Positions 1 through 11,899 of a DNA stretch of 64,000 bases are shown here, one piece after another (position 1 is the first letter of the stretch; each line of letters opens with the position of its first letter). The position numbers and the translations under genes are program-made. This DNA comes from Guillardia theta CCMP2712. Its lineage: Eukaryota > Protista > Cryptophyta. Below the pieces are notes generated by a model that saw nothing but the letters and a program-made list of their open reading frames with translations, did not search any database and had not been told where the DNA came from. The stretch is taken from assembly GCF_000315625.1 (NCBI RefSeq), contig NW_005434666.1, positions 481,877-545,876 on the forward strand, given 5' to 3'.

Positions 1-926
1 AATACAGCAAATTCCATTTGTAATTGCCTGACAAGTCCCTTAACTCTGGAAAAAGGATGCATGCATTACCTACCATACCACTCCACGAGCTGTCCAGCCA
101 TTCTTGCGTCGAGAATACATCCACCGTTGCATGTTGCTTTGGATCCAAAAGAGCCAACAGCAATTCTGTCCGGGCCAATCGCTAAAGAATGTTGGGATCC
201 TGAACGAATTAAATCAACTTTCGGACAGACTTAAAATTATGCATACCAAAGTAAGTACTTTCATTTACAGTTGATTGGGACGGAAAGATTATTTTTTCGA
301 AATCTGAGGTGTCTTCGATTATCTGTCCATCAGAACATTTTAAGCTGATTATGAAGCAAAATACTCTGACTTCAAAGATGAACTTGAGCAAGCTCAGGTT
401 GCACCTCATTTTAGCTAGACTCAGAGGTGGAAATCATATAACTCGTAGTTCATATCAAAGCAGTGAATCGATCTCAGGCGATTTTTGTATGTTGAGAATC
501 TTACAGTGATGCTTTCATGAATAATGCAAAACTTTGGTATCGATCCCAAATCTTTTCAATGCTTCTCCCACACCGGATTCTGGCGTCAATAATTCACCTT
601 ATCAGGGAAGTAGCATTTCCAAGTTGGTGGCTCGGATCAACTGATCGCTTTCTGGATGCCTGACAGTGCTCGTGCGCAAGAAGGGCACCATGCATTGCCT
701 CGACATTTTGGAGAGAATGCCATGACCCGGCCGGTTTTATCGGATCATTGGATAGGGCCGGGAGAAGCCCGCCTCATCAAGCTCTCAGTACCGGGACTCG
801 GATTCGGAAGCGGGATGTCCGGGCCCGGGCAACAGCAAAGATGAGGGGAGGTTCCTCTTCTTCACCTGCGACCAGTCATGCCAGGTCTGATGGACCATCG
901 ATAGCAGAGGCGAGTTTCGTGATGGA

Positions 927-2139
927 ATGTGGCTGCCTTGTATTCGGAGTTTCATACGGTTTGCCGTGCTCCTTTCAATCCTGGAGGGAATAGCTTGCGT
1001 TTGTTTTGTTAGTCACGACGTAGAAGAATTCAAGATAATTCTCAGCCAACATCCAACGTCTCCAAGAGCGTGGGAGTTTTTGGGTGATGCCTTGATAAGC
1101 CATGAATGCATGACAGAAGCGCTACTAGCATTCGAGATATCAAATCGAATATACAGATCTTGCATGTGCTCCAGATCTGAGATAGCTGACGAGGCAACTG
1201 CAAGGACGGGAAGCAAGTATCTATCATTGTTGCGGGAGTTCCAAAGGACCGCGAACAACTCGTGCTGCAATGCATCAGTCATTATTGAACAGGGAGGTAA
1301 TGATCCCGTTTTGATAGACGGTCACTTCAATGATGGTGGACTAGAACTTGCTAGAATCGAGGCTTCAGATGCATGTCCATTGTATTTCGGCCAGTGCCAA
1401 CAAAAAAATCCGTTTCTGATTGAACAGCAAGACTTTTTTCTCCATCAGATATTTGGGAACAGAAGGAATGGAATTTTTGTTGACGTAGGATCCACAGATG
1501 GGTTTTCTTTCAGCAATACATTTTTCTTCGAGCAACAACTCAACTGGACGGGGTTGTGTTTTGAACCAAACAAGAACACGTATGATACACTAAAAAGAGT
1601 GCGTAGCCGTTCGAAATGCTACAATGCCTGTGTTGGAAACGCAACAGGAGTTAAAAAATTCCTGCAATGCACTGGGTACACGAGGATGCTTTCTGGGTTG
1701 CTTGAATGTATGTCGGATGATCACATTAGAAGGATAAATCGCGAGATCAATACTTTCGGTGGATCGAAAAGCATAGTAGATGTGAATGTAGTGACTCTTG
1801 CAGACATTTTTCGACAGCAAAGTTTGGAGAAAGTTGACCTGTTGAGCATTGATACTGAGGGAGCTGAAATACATGTTTTGCGTGGAATCGACTGGAGTCT
1901 GATAACCATTTCCATAATTATACTGGAAATGCTAGACAGAAATAGCCAAGAATCACAAGAAATTATCGATTTTCTCCTTGAACGCGGATATACACAGGTT
2001 GGATATGTTTGCCAAGATGTTGTTTTCAGGTAACTCTTGTGTGGGCTTCGTACACAACGACATTTTGACTTGTTTCAGGCACTCTGAATTTCAAGACGCG
2101 TCAGATTTGAAAAGGTCTTGCGTTCCTGAGGATCTTTAG
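927..2139 (+). CDS. FkbM-family (Methyltransf_21) SAM-dependent methyltransferase with N-terminal signal/anchor and a TPR-like helix pair
   Basis: Motifs IFVDVGSTDG..SNT..FE...WTGLCFEPN and VDLLSIDTEGAE..VLRGIDW; hydrophobic N-terminus; one 49-nt intron (2030-2078) then a short last exon to TAG at 2137-2139. Confidence 0.9.
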
Positions 2140-2331
2140 TTGTAGGCAGAATTCTTTCAATCAATCATCACACATTTTCGACCTCAGCGTCAGCTTACGC
2201 TCAGGCATATTATTTGAAATTGCATTAGTCACGTCTGTTGAACCTGTATGCAAACTTTACTTTAGTAACTTGAAAAACGATTGTGCTTCACATGCTGTTT
2301 ATGATTATGTTTTCCAAACTTTTCATTGAGA

Positions 2332-3105
2332 TTAGTTTTCACGTAACATCGCAGTGATAACATTCATGAAGGGATTAAACAATCGGCGGTCTACAAAGAA
2401 TAAGAATGGTTCTAAAGCATAAACAGCAAGAACATGATCAATATTCCTAAAGCTCCATGTTACGATTGTAGGAGCACTTTTTGAAGCGTTGGATTTTCCA
2501 GGAACAATTTGGCAGTGTTGAGCACACTGATTCACGCACTTTAACTTCTCACAATCGTCGCGGAACCTGATTACAAACGAATCCAAGCCCCTCAAGACCA
2601 TATCAAGAATGCTGTCAAGTGTTGAAGAGTTATGATTCGTTGGCGCTGTCAACTTTCGGCTGGTGGGTTCATTCGATTTGCAGTGTTCATCAAACGAGAT
2701 TTCATCAAAATTACTTCTGTTGAGATTCTGAGGCTTTATGGTATCCTGGATGGCAGAAACCATCCTGATATTCCAGTCATCTGGGCTGATCTCACTTTCT
2801 TCAGAGGTTAGCGATCTCAGATCTGTGTCTGCCGCGCTCTGAGCTGGAGAATCATTCAAGTTCAGAAGCAGTCTGCATGGAGACTCATCGAATTGATCCG
2901 AAGGTTTTGGAAGAAGCGGTGACAACTCTCTACCACTTTCAGCATCCACAAAGAAATCTTCTTTGTCGATCTTTTGTCCATCGTCTATGCATCTCTGCAT
3001 CATGCTGATCTTGTGAAGCATAATGAACTCCGCATCTCCAATCTCCATGTTCAATTTGCCCTGTACTACCCACCCATCTTCCCACTTTACCACCCCTGCC
3101 GACAA
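2332..3105 (-). CDS. hypothetical protein (257-aa ORF; true start uncertain)
   Basis: Long open frame with natural composition, lying just downstream of a GC-rich island; no recognisable domain. Confidence 0.55.
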   Translation of the reverse strand: MSAGVVKWEDGWVVQGKLNMEIGDAEFIMLHKISMMQRCIDDGQKIDKEDFFVDAESGRELSPLLPKPSDQFDESPCRLLLNLNDSPAQSAADTDLRSLTSEESEISPDDWNIRMVSAIQDTIKPQNLNRSNFDEISFDEHCKSNEPTSRKLTAPTNHNSSTLDSILDMVLRGLDSFVIRFRDDCEKLKCVNQCAQHCQIVPGKSNASKSAPTIVTWSFRNIDHVLAVYALEPFLFFVDRRLFNPFMNVITAMLREN

Positions 3106-3189
3106 CGTCTACCGTTGAGCAAGCGGCAATTTCAAAACAACCTAATCATTGGAGCTTATTTTTAATCAAATTTTAGTCTACTAGTTCAC

Positions 3190-3330
3190 GCCGCGGGCCG
3201 AGCCGGCCCTGGCAGCGGCCGCCGACTCCGCCGAGACTCCGACGCTGTACTAGAGTCACTGAGTCACATGGTCACCGGGTCGCCAGGCTGAGGCCCCGGC
3301 AGGCGGCCCGGCCGGATAGAAGCGGCGGCT
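3190..3330. promoter_or_regulatory. GC-rich CCGG/GGCC promoter-like island
   Basis: ggcccggccgg, ccgactccg, gagtcactgagtcac; upstream of the minus-strand ORF starting near 3105. Confidence 0.5.
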
Positions 3331-3419
3331 TCTTAAATTGATCAAAGTAACTTAGTAAGTCGCAGCCAAATAAAGTTCGTCAGACAGAGAGTCGTGCAGG
3401 ATCATTCATTATCCAATCA

Positions 3420-5238
3420 GTGCCGTACTAGACTTTAGAAGAAGTTACAATTTCTACCGTAGTTCCCACGGGTCCCCACAACATAGAGTCGACTTCCTCT
3501 TCATTCAAGTTGATCACGCTGCAAGTTTCGAGCAGAAAAAACTGGATGAGAAGTCGCACCGCAAAGGAAAAGATTGCTTCACCTCTTGCCATCGATTAGA
3601 TGCACTTGATCTCCTAGCCTGATGAATCTTTCGTCGCCTCTCATCCTCACCTGCCGTGTATTTTTTCAGCTACTATGAATCCACAACCTGTAAGAAGATG
3701 CATGGAAACCATCATTTTCTAGAAGCAGTAACTAAAAAGCTCAAAAACCATGTACAGAGTATTTGAATCTCAGAGTCCCAAGAATTCAAGCCCAATACCT
3801 GAGGAAATATGTTCGAGATCAAATATTTCTTGTTTTTTCTGGACAAGACAAGACCCACAACACCAACTGAATCCCTGCAAACATGATTTTTTGTCAGTAG
3901 CAGGAAAGCTGCAGAAATAAATGACCTTGTCATTGATAACTTTCTAATGCAGAAGTTTCGTTCTGCTACCACACTCACAACTTGACTGGGAGCAAATGTG
4001 AAAATTCGAACATTATTCCATTCAAGCCTCACTTTGTTCTTGCTTGTCTGTACGTGATGGAAATCTTAGATCCTTTTTCACCAGCAACGAAAGCGGCAAT
4101 CTCTGCTGATCCCATTTCGGATACAGCACGTCCGTCAAATTGTGTGATTTCGTCGCCCTTCTTGATGAGATTCCTCAGCGAACTCAGCGATGCAACATCC
4201 GACACCACAAGCTTCTTGATGCGGCGAGTTTTGGATGATGACTCAACTTCATCCATGGCAAGCCCGAGTCCAAAAGACGAAGACAAGCAAGTAGTTTCAA
4301 CAAAGTCATTCCTCGAAATCAGCAAAGAGAGCGAACTTCCAGTCTGCCCTTTCAGCATGTTTTCAACTACTTCGGCATCCAGAAATTCGATCCTAGGACG
4401 GAACATTGTCAAGAAAAAACTTGTCGTCTGCGAGATTGAGAGCGACCTGTTACCATCAATCGAGTGTACATAGTCTCCCGCCTCAACAATTTGCTCCGTC
4501 ATCGTCTAAGCACGATATCAATTTCACAATCAATGCGGCAAGACTTGGAATGAGAGATAAGAAATAAGGTTGAGGAAATTATTTTGGATTGTGATCTAAG
4601 GATGAAAATACTACAATACTTACTGATCGAGCAACCGAATGGATGTAATACGGCCTCCCGGGAACTTTTTTCAAATTTAATCCTACTTTTCCGTTCACCC
4701 TTGCAAAGAAAAGTCAGGCAAATCATCTTGCAATGTGTTCGTGAAACCTTTTTAATTCGATCGCCTCCATGTTTGCTTCCTGGATTCACAAAATTCTCAG
4801 TTCGTGATTGATGGCATTCGAATGTACCTGAGCCCCTATGCCACATTTGGAACCGACTGTCTCTGGTTGCTCCCTCATCCGCTGTGACGCCTCCCCGCTG
4901 TGTTCTGATGTTTTTGTATCGTTTGATTCAACTGAGTGCATATTGTCTTTTGGTGATACTTGTTCGCCCTCGTTGTTTTGTTCCTGGAAAGCTCCATTCG
5001 AGCTACGTTTGCCTGAGCCCTGCCTCTTTTCTCCTTCATTTCCATCTGAACCGTGGCTGGTCCTATCCTTTTCAACCTGGGAGAAGCTCTGCAAGCTAAC
5101 TTCCATTTTTGTATTCATCAATGCCCGATATTCTTTCGGGAACTCCACCATGCTTGGCCTTTGTGAGAACTCCACGCTAACGGGTTCTTCAGTGCTGCCC
5201 TGAACCATCCTTGTTGGGATGGCAGGAGGATCTGCCAT
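3420..5238 (-). CDS. PDZ-domain protein (two PDZ-like repeats), multi-exon; 3' end approximate
   Basis: Exon 4029-4502 gives AGDYVHSIDG...ENMLKGQTGSSLSLLISR and GLGLAM...IKKGDEITQFDGRAVSEMGSAEIAAFVAGEKGSKISITY; low-complexity N-terminal exon 4786-5238. Confidence 0.7.
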
Positions 5239-5784
5239 CTCCCCTTGTAAAACAGATTACTGTACCTTAGGTGGTAGTCTGAGCAAGAAGAAGTGCCGCT
5301 TAGACCAGGATAAATGTCAGAAATCACGAGATACATGAATCAAGTGTCATATGTTCAGTTTCACGAATCTGCAAGCGTACACTGATTTCTTCTAATCCCA
5401 TGTATTCTGCCTCAAAGAAGGTGAAGGATAGCGTCCTACATCAATGCCCTCTATATTTCCAGCCATCACCTTCTCTCTCTACCTTTCTCCTTCCCCATCC
5501 CTCCCTCACATTCTCGAATGACCACATAGAGAGCCGCTATTAACAGAGCGGGGGTACGCAGAGGGGCCAGCAGGGGGGTACGCCAGGGGGTACGCCGGAT
5601 GTACGCTGGCAGGAAGGCAGGGAGTCGCATGATATCGTTTTTTAGCATCGGAAGGTCTGGAAGCAACGGGCGAACATGGTGAGAGCGCGGGAGAAGAGTG
5701 AACGAAAGATTGGAGAAGATCGATATGGCCATGATGGCATCCATGATGCTTGTGTGAATGATCAATCGAATCTAGAGTTGAGAC

Positions 5785-6783
5785 ATGTTAAGGTTTCAAT
5801 ATCTTCATCATGAATCCTTATTCGCTTGATGGAGTGATACTTGTTGAACTTGAATTTAGATCGCCAAAATTCAGGATGATCTATATTCGTTGACTTGTAA
5901 GCAGTACAAACCTGGCGGGAAATCCACAGCTATTATTTCCGAAGGCCGAAAGAAGGTTCATACAGCTTGGGAGGATGGATTTGAGCAAGTATACAATTCC
6001 TGCATTGCGTTTTTTTGTCCACCATATCTGAGCTTGATCACATTAAAATTAGGTTGAAGAGTACGATTTGACAACAGACCAGCTGCTTTTGCGTAAGGTT
6101 GAAAGCTCTATCAGCGTTAGCACCCCTACGTATACATGCTGATTCGCAACAGGTTCGGCAAGAGGCCCCGACTGGGCGAGAAGCCAAATGGGTTGTTGAG
6201 GTTGGCGAGGCAAACGAAGCTAATGCACAAGGTCAACCATGATCATGAACTCTCATAGCTCTTGCATAAAAGTATTGTTCCTTCAGGCGAAGGCCTGACG
6301 ATTTCGGCAAGCAGCGATCAGCCTATTATGGTTAGGAGGGATACAAAAGAAAACTTCCAGTGGAGAGTACGCAATATCCCTTATCCACTGGAGGTCTACC
6401 AAATTACGGTAGATGAGAATGCAAATCAAATCATTGTGCGCACAAGCAACAAGAAGTGGTTCAAGCGGATAAGCGTCCCTGATATGGACCGAATGCACCT
6501 GAAGCTGGTGCAGAGTAACGTAAGTACATGAATTTCTCGACTATTTCTTCTCAGCCCGTGATTCCGAGATCCGTGATTCCCCAGGTGTCGTTTACTCATG
6601 CTAATCGGACTCTTGTCATTTCTTATGCAAAACCAGCAAGCATTTTGGAGGTGTGTGTTTGACTTCAACTCCTCAATGTGTTTGTGAGAATCGCTCATCC
6701 AGGCGGAAGCGGCTCGTCGCCAGGAAAGAGCTACGATGAAGTGTGGAGCAAATGAGGGAGATATTGATTGCAAGCAGCAATAG
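5785..6783 (+). CDS. DPCD: DPCD (deleted in primary ciliary dyskinesia) homolog; start uncertain
   Basis: Spliced: ...GRKKVHTAWEDGFEQ/VEEYDLTTDQLLLRK/...QPIMVRRDTKENFQWRVRNIPYPLEVY...IIVRTSNKKWFKRISVPDMDR.../VSFTHANRTLVISYAKP.../GDIDCKQQ*, matching the DPCD family including the C-terminal CKQQ. Confidence 0.9.
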
Positions 6784-6844
6784 ACAGAAAAACGAATGCT
6801 TTCGCTTACCTAAACTAGGCTACAGCCGCTGAACTTCCAGTACC

Positions 6845-6975
6845 GTCCTGTCACCCGACCGTACGGAACGACGCGCCGACATCAGACAAGGTGATCTGAT
6901 CGGACTGAGGTCGGGCACTCAGTCCCGCAACGGGCCGGGCGGCTCACCGGGCCAGCGGCCACGGTACTGCCGGGC
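6845..6975. promoter_or_regulatory. GC-rich CCGG/GGCC promoter-like island
   Basis: atcggactgaggtcggg, gggccgggcgg, ccgggcc; upstream of the WD40 gene. Confidence 0.5.
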
Positions 6976-7584
6976 TCATCAAGGTTGATTATTTTTTATT
7001 TTTTATTTTTAAAAAAGGAATGGGTGGGTGTGACCGAGGGATGAGGGGGGTAGGGTAGGGCCCAAACTCAGTTTTGTGAGAACCCCTGGCGTAGAGGTTG
7101 ACGCATTAGGCTAAGTATGGGGGGTAGGGTACACAAGGGTTGCTGAGAGTTTTTGGAAGGGGAGCTGTCCATGAAGAATCAGTGCGAAAATGGCTAGATC
7201 CGTGAAGTCTAAACGGATGAGGGGCAGATGAGAAGAAAATGATCAGGAGAAGACACGAAGAGAGAGAAACAAAAAGATCTATCATCTCAAATCTGCTCGA
7301 CTGATGGAGGCTACCTCCTTGAAGGGGAATCTTGACTGAGAGATTTGATGCAGCTTGGTACTCAAGTCGCACCAATTGCTGTTCTGCGATCATCTTTGCC
7401 TTGGGAAATTGCACACCCTTGAATCAGACAGAAAGCTGAACGCGAGCCATGTTGTATGTGAACAGGATCTGGTTTTAGGACTGTAACCACTTCTGTACCT
7501 GATTCTGGCTCAAGCATCATTCCAACAACTGAAACACAGTGTGAGATGCAAGTCGGTGCAGAGCTGACGACAAATCATTCGATA

Positions 7585-10500
7585 ATGTCAGCTCTGTCTG
7601 AAGAAGAAGATTTCTATAGCTGCGATGAAGCAGGATCAACAGTCTCTTCTTCACTGCGGCGACATCGGAGCAGTGGTTTGAGCTCGCTTTCCAACTCTCC
7701 AATCACATCCCCGAGCCCGCACAGGGAACGCGAGCACACAGAGCGTGAGAGTGAAGTACCGAAACTATCGAGGAAGTTTGGCACCACGATATCAAGCTCT
7801 GATGAAGATGCACAAGATCAAGAAATGATGGGAGAAGGCAGAAATGTTCACAGCAGCGACGCGCTCGAAAACAATGTACGAATTCAAACAACTCTCAGAT
7901 GTTCTTTTTGCTGATCAGTTCTGTTGCCATGTCAGAATTTTCGGATTTCGCTCATTCAACGCAGAAACAGTAATGGATCTCTTAAACATCTAGTTTGTGT
8001 CAGTAACTCACGTATTACAGGACGCCCTATCAGCATCATCGGCACTGAGGACTTCATGAACGAGGTGATTCCTAGTACGAGTCAAGGTGGCTCTTCTGGA
8101 AATGGCCTCGGGAGCATGTCTGAATACCATGAGAATTCTTCCGCCACTTCGAGGCAACATGAGCTAGGACATCCTCCAACAACATTCTCGTCGTCGAGTC
8201 AGAGTGCTTCTGGTCCTCAAAGTCTATTGCTGTCTTGACCTAGTTACCCTGACTGAAAGCTCTACCAGGGGTAGATGATCTCGTGAGTTGGGGTGTGCAG
8301 TCACGTGCTGAACGGAAAGCCGGGGCCTTGGAAGGAGAGGACTTGATTTTGAGGTAATTATCGCAGTCCGTTTGAAGTGAACCAGCTGACAGCGATCATT
8401 GCAGAAACGTGAAGGGTCACGAAGCGACAGGATCGCAACACTTCGAGATTCGGCACATCCGTAATGCATCAAATGACTCCACCGATAGCAAGAGGTGTCG
8501 GCTTGCTTCGGAACATGTTCTTTTTGTTGAGCTCTGTCCCAATCAGTTCTTCGCGATCAAGCTCTTCCAGCGCCTCACAAAATGCGACCTACTCCCATCG
8601 CAACGCGAGTCAGCAGAAGTGGAAGTTGGGATGGCGGAGTTGGAGAGGTTCTTCCAGCTTTATGGATGGGACCAACCAGTCGAGCATCAAGTCGATGTTC
8701 AGAGTATGGACTTCGACGGTACCAACTTGATTGTGCTTTGGATGCATGAATTGACAATCTGTCTGGAACGTTTCAGATTGACCCCTCGGTGAGCTCAGAT
8801 GGTGCAATCTGGTGTATAAAGTTCGATGTGAAGGGAGAATTTGTTGCAACAGGAGGACAGGTAAGATACATTGCGAAATGTAGAATGGTTGATTGACAGA
8901 ATGATCAGTCAGGGATCATTTGTATATGGGAAGTTGAGCTCCATCAGGAAGTGAGGCCTTGCAGCGATTATTGAATGACATGATGATAATGATATGATGA
9001 GGAGAGGAAGGGGGGGGCGGGGGTGGAAAGGAGGATGGGCTCTGGCACAACATTAACTTCCTTCATTCGGAACCAGGATGGGCAACTGTATAGAAATGAG
9101 TGCAGTGTAGGGCTGAAGAACCGGCTGTTCTGCCGGTACATTGGGCACCTGGGACCGGTGAAGCAGAAGCAGGAGGAGGAGGAGGAGATGACGTGCATGC
9201 AGATTCTTGACATGTCATGGTCAAGAGATTCTCTTTTAGCTTCAGCTTCTGTCGATCAAACGGTCAGGGTAAGTTTTGTGATTGTCAGTATGAATGTTCA
9301 TGCAGTCAAGGAGTTTGAGTTGAGGGGAATGCAGTGATTTGGGTGACGGTTCTACAGTTGTGGCACTTCGAGAGTCAACAGGCACTCAGGGTCTTCAACC
9401 ATAAGGTCGTGAAAGTATGTACAAATGTGGATGCAGCTGACATGGTTTCCGCCTGATTTGCATGTTCGCATCGACTACATCCCCCTCTCCTCCTTGTTCT
9501 GCTTCTTTTGCTATTGCAGGATTTCGTAACTAGTGTTGTCTTTCATCCTATTAACGAGAAATTTATCATCACTGGTAACTTCTTGCTGCTGACTGCTGGT
9601 TCATTTACTTTCGTGCAGGATGCTTGGACGGCATGGTCAGGATGTTCGATCTGAAGCCTCCGAGTGGAAGGTCTGTAGATGGACTGAGAGGAGCAGCGAG
9701 GAGGGACTTCAGGCAGGAGGGCTGGTTGAGTTGGGGTCCAAGAGATGCCAACGTGGAGGCGGAGAAGGAATAGGATAACATGAGGTGCAGCCTGGGAAAG
9801 AATGTGAGTCAAGCAGACACGAAGGGCGTTGTCACTGGTAGCTGCAAATGTTTTGTATGCTGCTTCTGCATCTCACTGCGTTTCAGCCCTGGCAATCTCA
9901 GAGGATGGAGAAACTTTGGTTGCTGGTGAGTAGCGAGAGGATGGGTTGGGAGACGTTTAACCAGTGTTGGTGTTCAGGTTTGTTCGAGGGCAAGTGCATC
10001 TTTTACCATCTTCTGATGAAGGAGATGAAAGTCAGTTCGTCTCGCATTCTTTGTCATCGCATACAGACTGACACATCTCTCAGATTGAGGATGAGAGGGG
10101 GAAGAGCATCGCCAGCATCAAGGTACACACTTTTTTGCTTCACTGATTTGTCTCGAGCTCCATTTTGTTCTGTTTGATCGTCTCTGATTATCTTTGCGTC
10201 ATTATCAGTCAACCAAAGGAAAGAACTCCAGAGGGCACAAGATTACTGGCCTGCAGTAAACAACCGCCCACTTCCCATTCTCCTCTCTCGTTCCCTCCTC
10301 CTCCCCTTCTCTTCTCTCCGCTCCTCTTGCTGCTCTGACCCTTCTGTCTCCCAACGCAGGTACTATGGAAAGGGCAAGAAGCATGACTCGAACGCGAAGC
10401 TGTTGGTCACTACAGTCGACTCGAGGTTGTTCCCATCCTCCCTCGTAGTCTCTCTTTCTTCGATCTCCTCCACTTCTGCATTCTTGTCGCTCAATCTCAT

Positions 10501-11710
10501 ACCTGCTTGTCTGCAGGATACGGCTCTACCGAGCGCAGGACATGATGTTACTCTGCAAATATCGTGGGGGGAAGGTCACTGGAGAGGTACGAGGGAACGT
10601 TGGTGAAGAAGAGGAAGAAGACAGCGAGGAAGAAGTTGCGAATGGCAGCAGGCGGAGGGTGTTGGTTTGATGGAAGGTAGACCGCATGAGGAGGACAGAA
10701 GCTGCGGTGACTATCGAGTTAAACGCACAAGAGAGGAAAGAAGAGCGAGAGCGAGAGAGCGAAGAATGATGGGAGATAGGAGGTAGCAGCAGGATGGACC
10801 CCTGCTAGAACGACTTTGTCATCTGTTGAGGATGGTGCGTCAGGTGAACAAGGGAGAGACTTCCATGTCTACCCAGATCTCTGCGACTATCAGCCACGAC
10901 TTCTCCCTTCTCGCTTCCGGCTCCGGTCCACCCTTACCTCCCTGAATCCTACCCTGCTCCCGCACTCTTCACATTCCTTTTTTCGGGTCCTTGTCACCCA
11001 CAATCTCGCTCGCTCTTTCTCTCTTTACCTTTCTCACTGCGTCTTTTTGTCTCGGTCGCCCTATTCTCCTCCTGTCCTCCTCTCCCCCCCCCGTCTCCCT
11101 GCCTCAAACTCTTCAAACCCTCATCATGCGATCGCAGAGGATGGCAACTTGTGTGTCTGGACGAGATATCCAAGTCCTTCAGGTGAGTTCCCCCTCGGAG
11201 ATTTCTGATATCCAGCTTACTTTGCGAGCTTCGCTCCCGCCCGTCCTCCCTCCTATCGTGTTGTTTCCCCCTCGTCCATCCCATCCCCCTTCCATTCTGC
11301 GCTTCGTGCTATTGACTTTGAGTAAGGTCGTCTGCTCGGGTACAGGAAGGACAGGAACAATCAACCTCACGTCCTCAAGTTCTGCAAGGTGAAGCGCTGC
11401 CCTCCCCCTTGCTCGCTCTCCTCACCTCATGTCAGAATGCTTCAAGTGACAAGTTCAAGTTCCCCTCTGCTGCCGCTTTCCTCCCTGTCGAGGCAGTCCC
11501 CCGCGGGGGGGACAGGGAGAGGAGCCGCACCAAGTTTCGCTACCTTGCTGTGGGCATGTCAACCGGGGAGGTCCATGTGGTGCGTGTGGAGGAGGAAGTT
11601 AAACTGTCGGCGCTACAGCAGAACATCGTGATGGGTACGTCCTCGTGGACCAGCGGAGAGAACTGACGGCGATGCAGAGGGAGATTCGCCTTCCCAGCTC
11701 TCCATGTAGA
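7585..11710 (+). CDS. WD40-repeat protein, WDR44 (Rab11-binding)-like; multi-exon, 3' end approximate
   Basis: N-terminal acidic EEEDFYSC; exons give GAIWCIKFDVKGEFVATGGQD, ILDMSWSRDSLLASASVDQTVR/LWH, DFVTSVVFHPINEKFIITG/CLDGMVRMFD, GKNSRGHKITGL, LLVTTVDSR/IRLY, SQISAT..ASGS/EDG, all typical of WDR44. Confidence 0.85.
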
Positions 11711-11899
11711 GGCCCGGCAGCTTTAAGATCTGATGCGAGTCGCTGGAGGAAAGGAGGAGAAAGAGGCGAAGGCATCGGCGGTCGTGTGCTCTATGTACAG
11801 TTATTTATGTGAAGCTCCCCCGCTCCCGCCTTCCCTCTGTCCCTCCCTCGCTCCTCCCTGTTGCTCAATTCTTCTCGTGCGAGCCTGTAGACCCCATGG

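Noticed and set aside
1-723. Possible minus-strand gene truncated by the window edge (e.g. RLARTELLLALLDPKQHATVDVFSTQEWLD)
   Set aside because: Could not build a consistent exon chain or recognise a family
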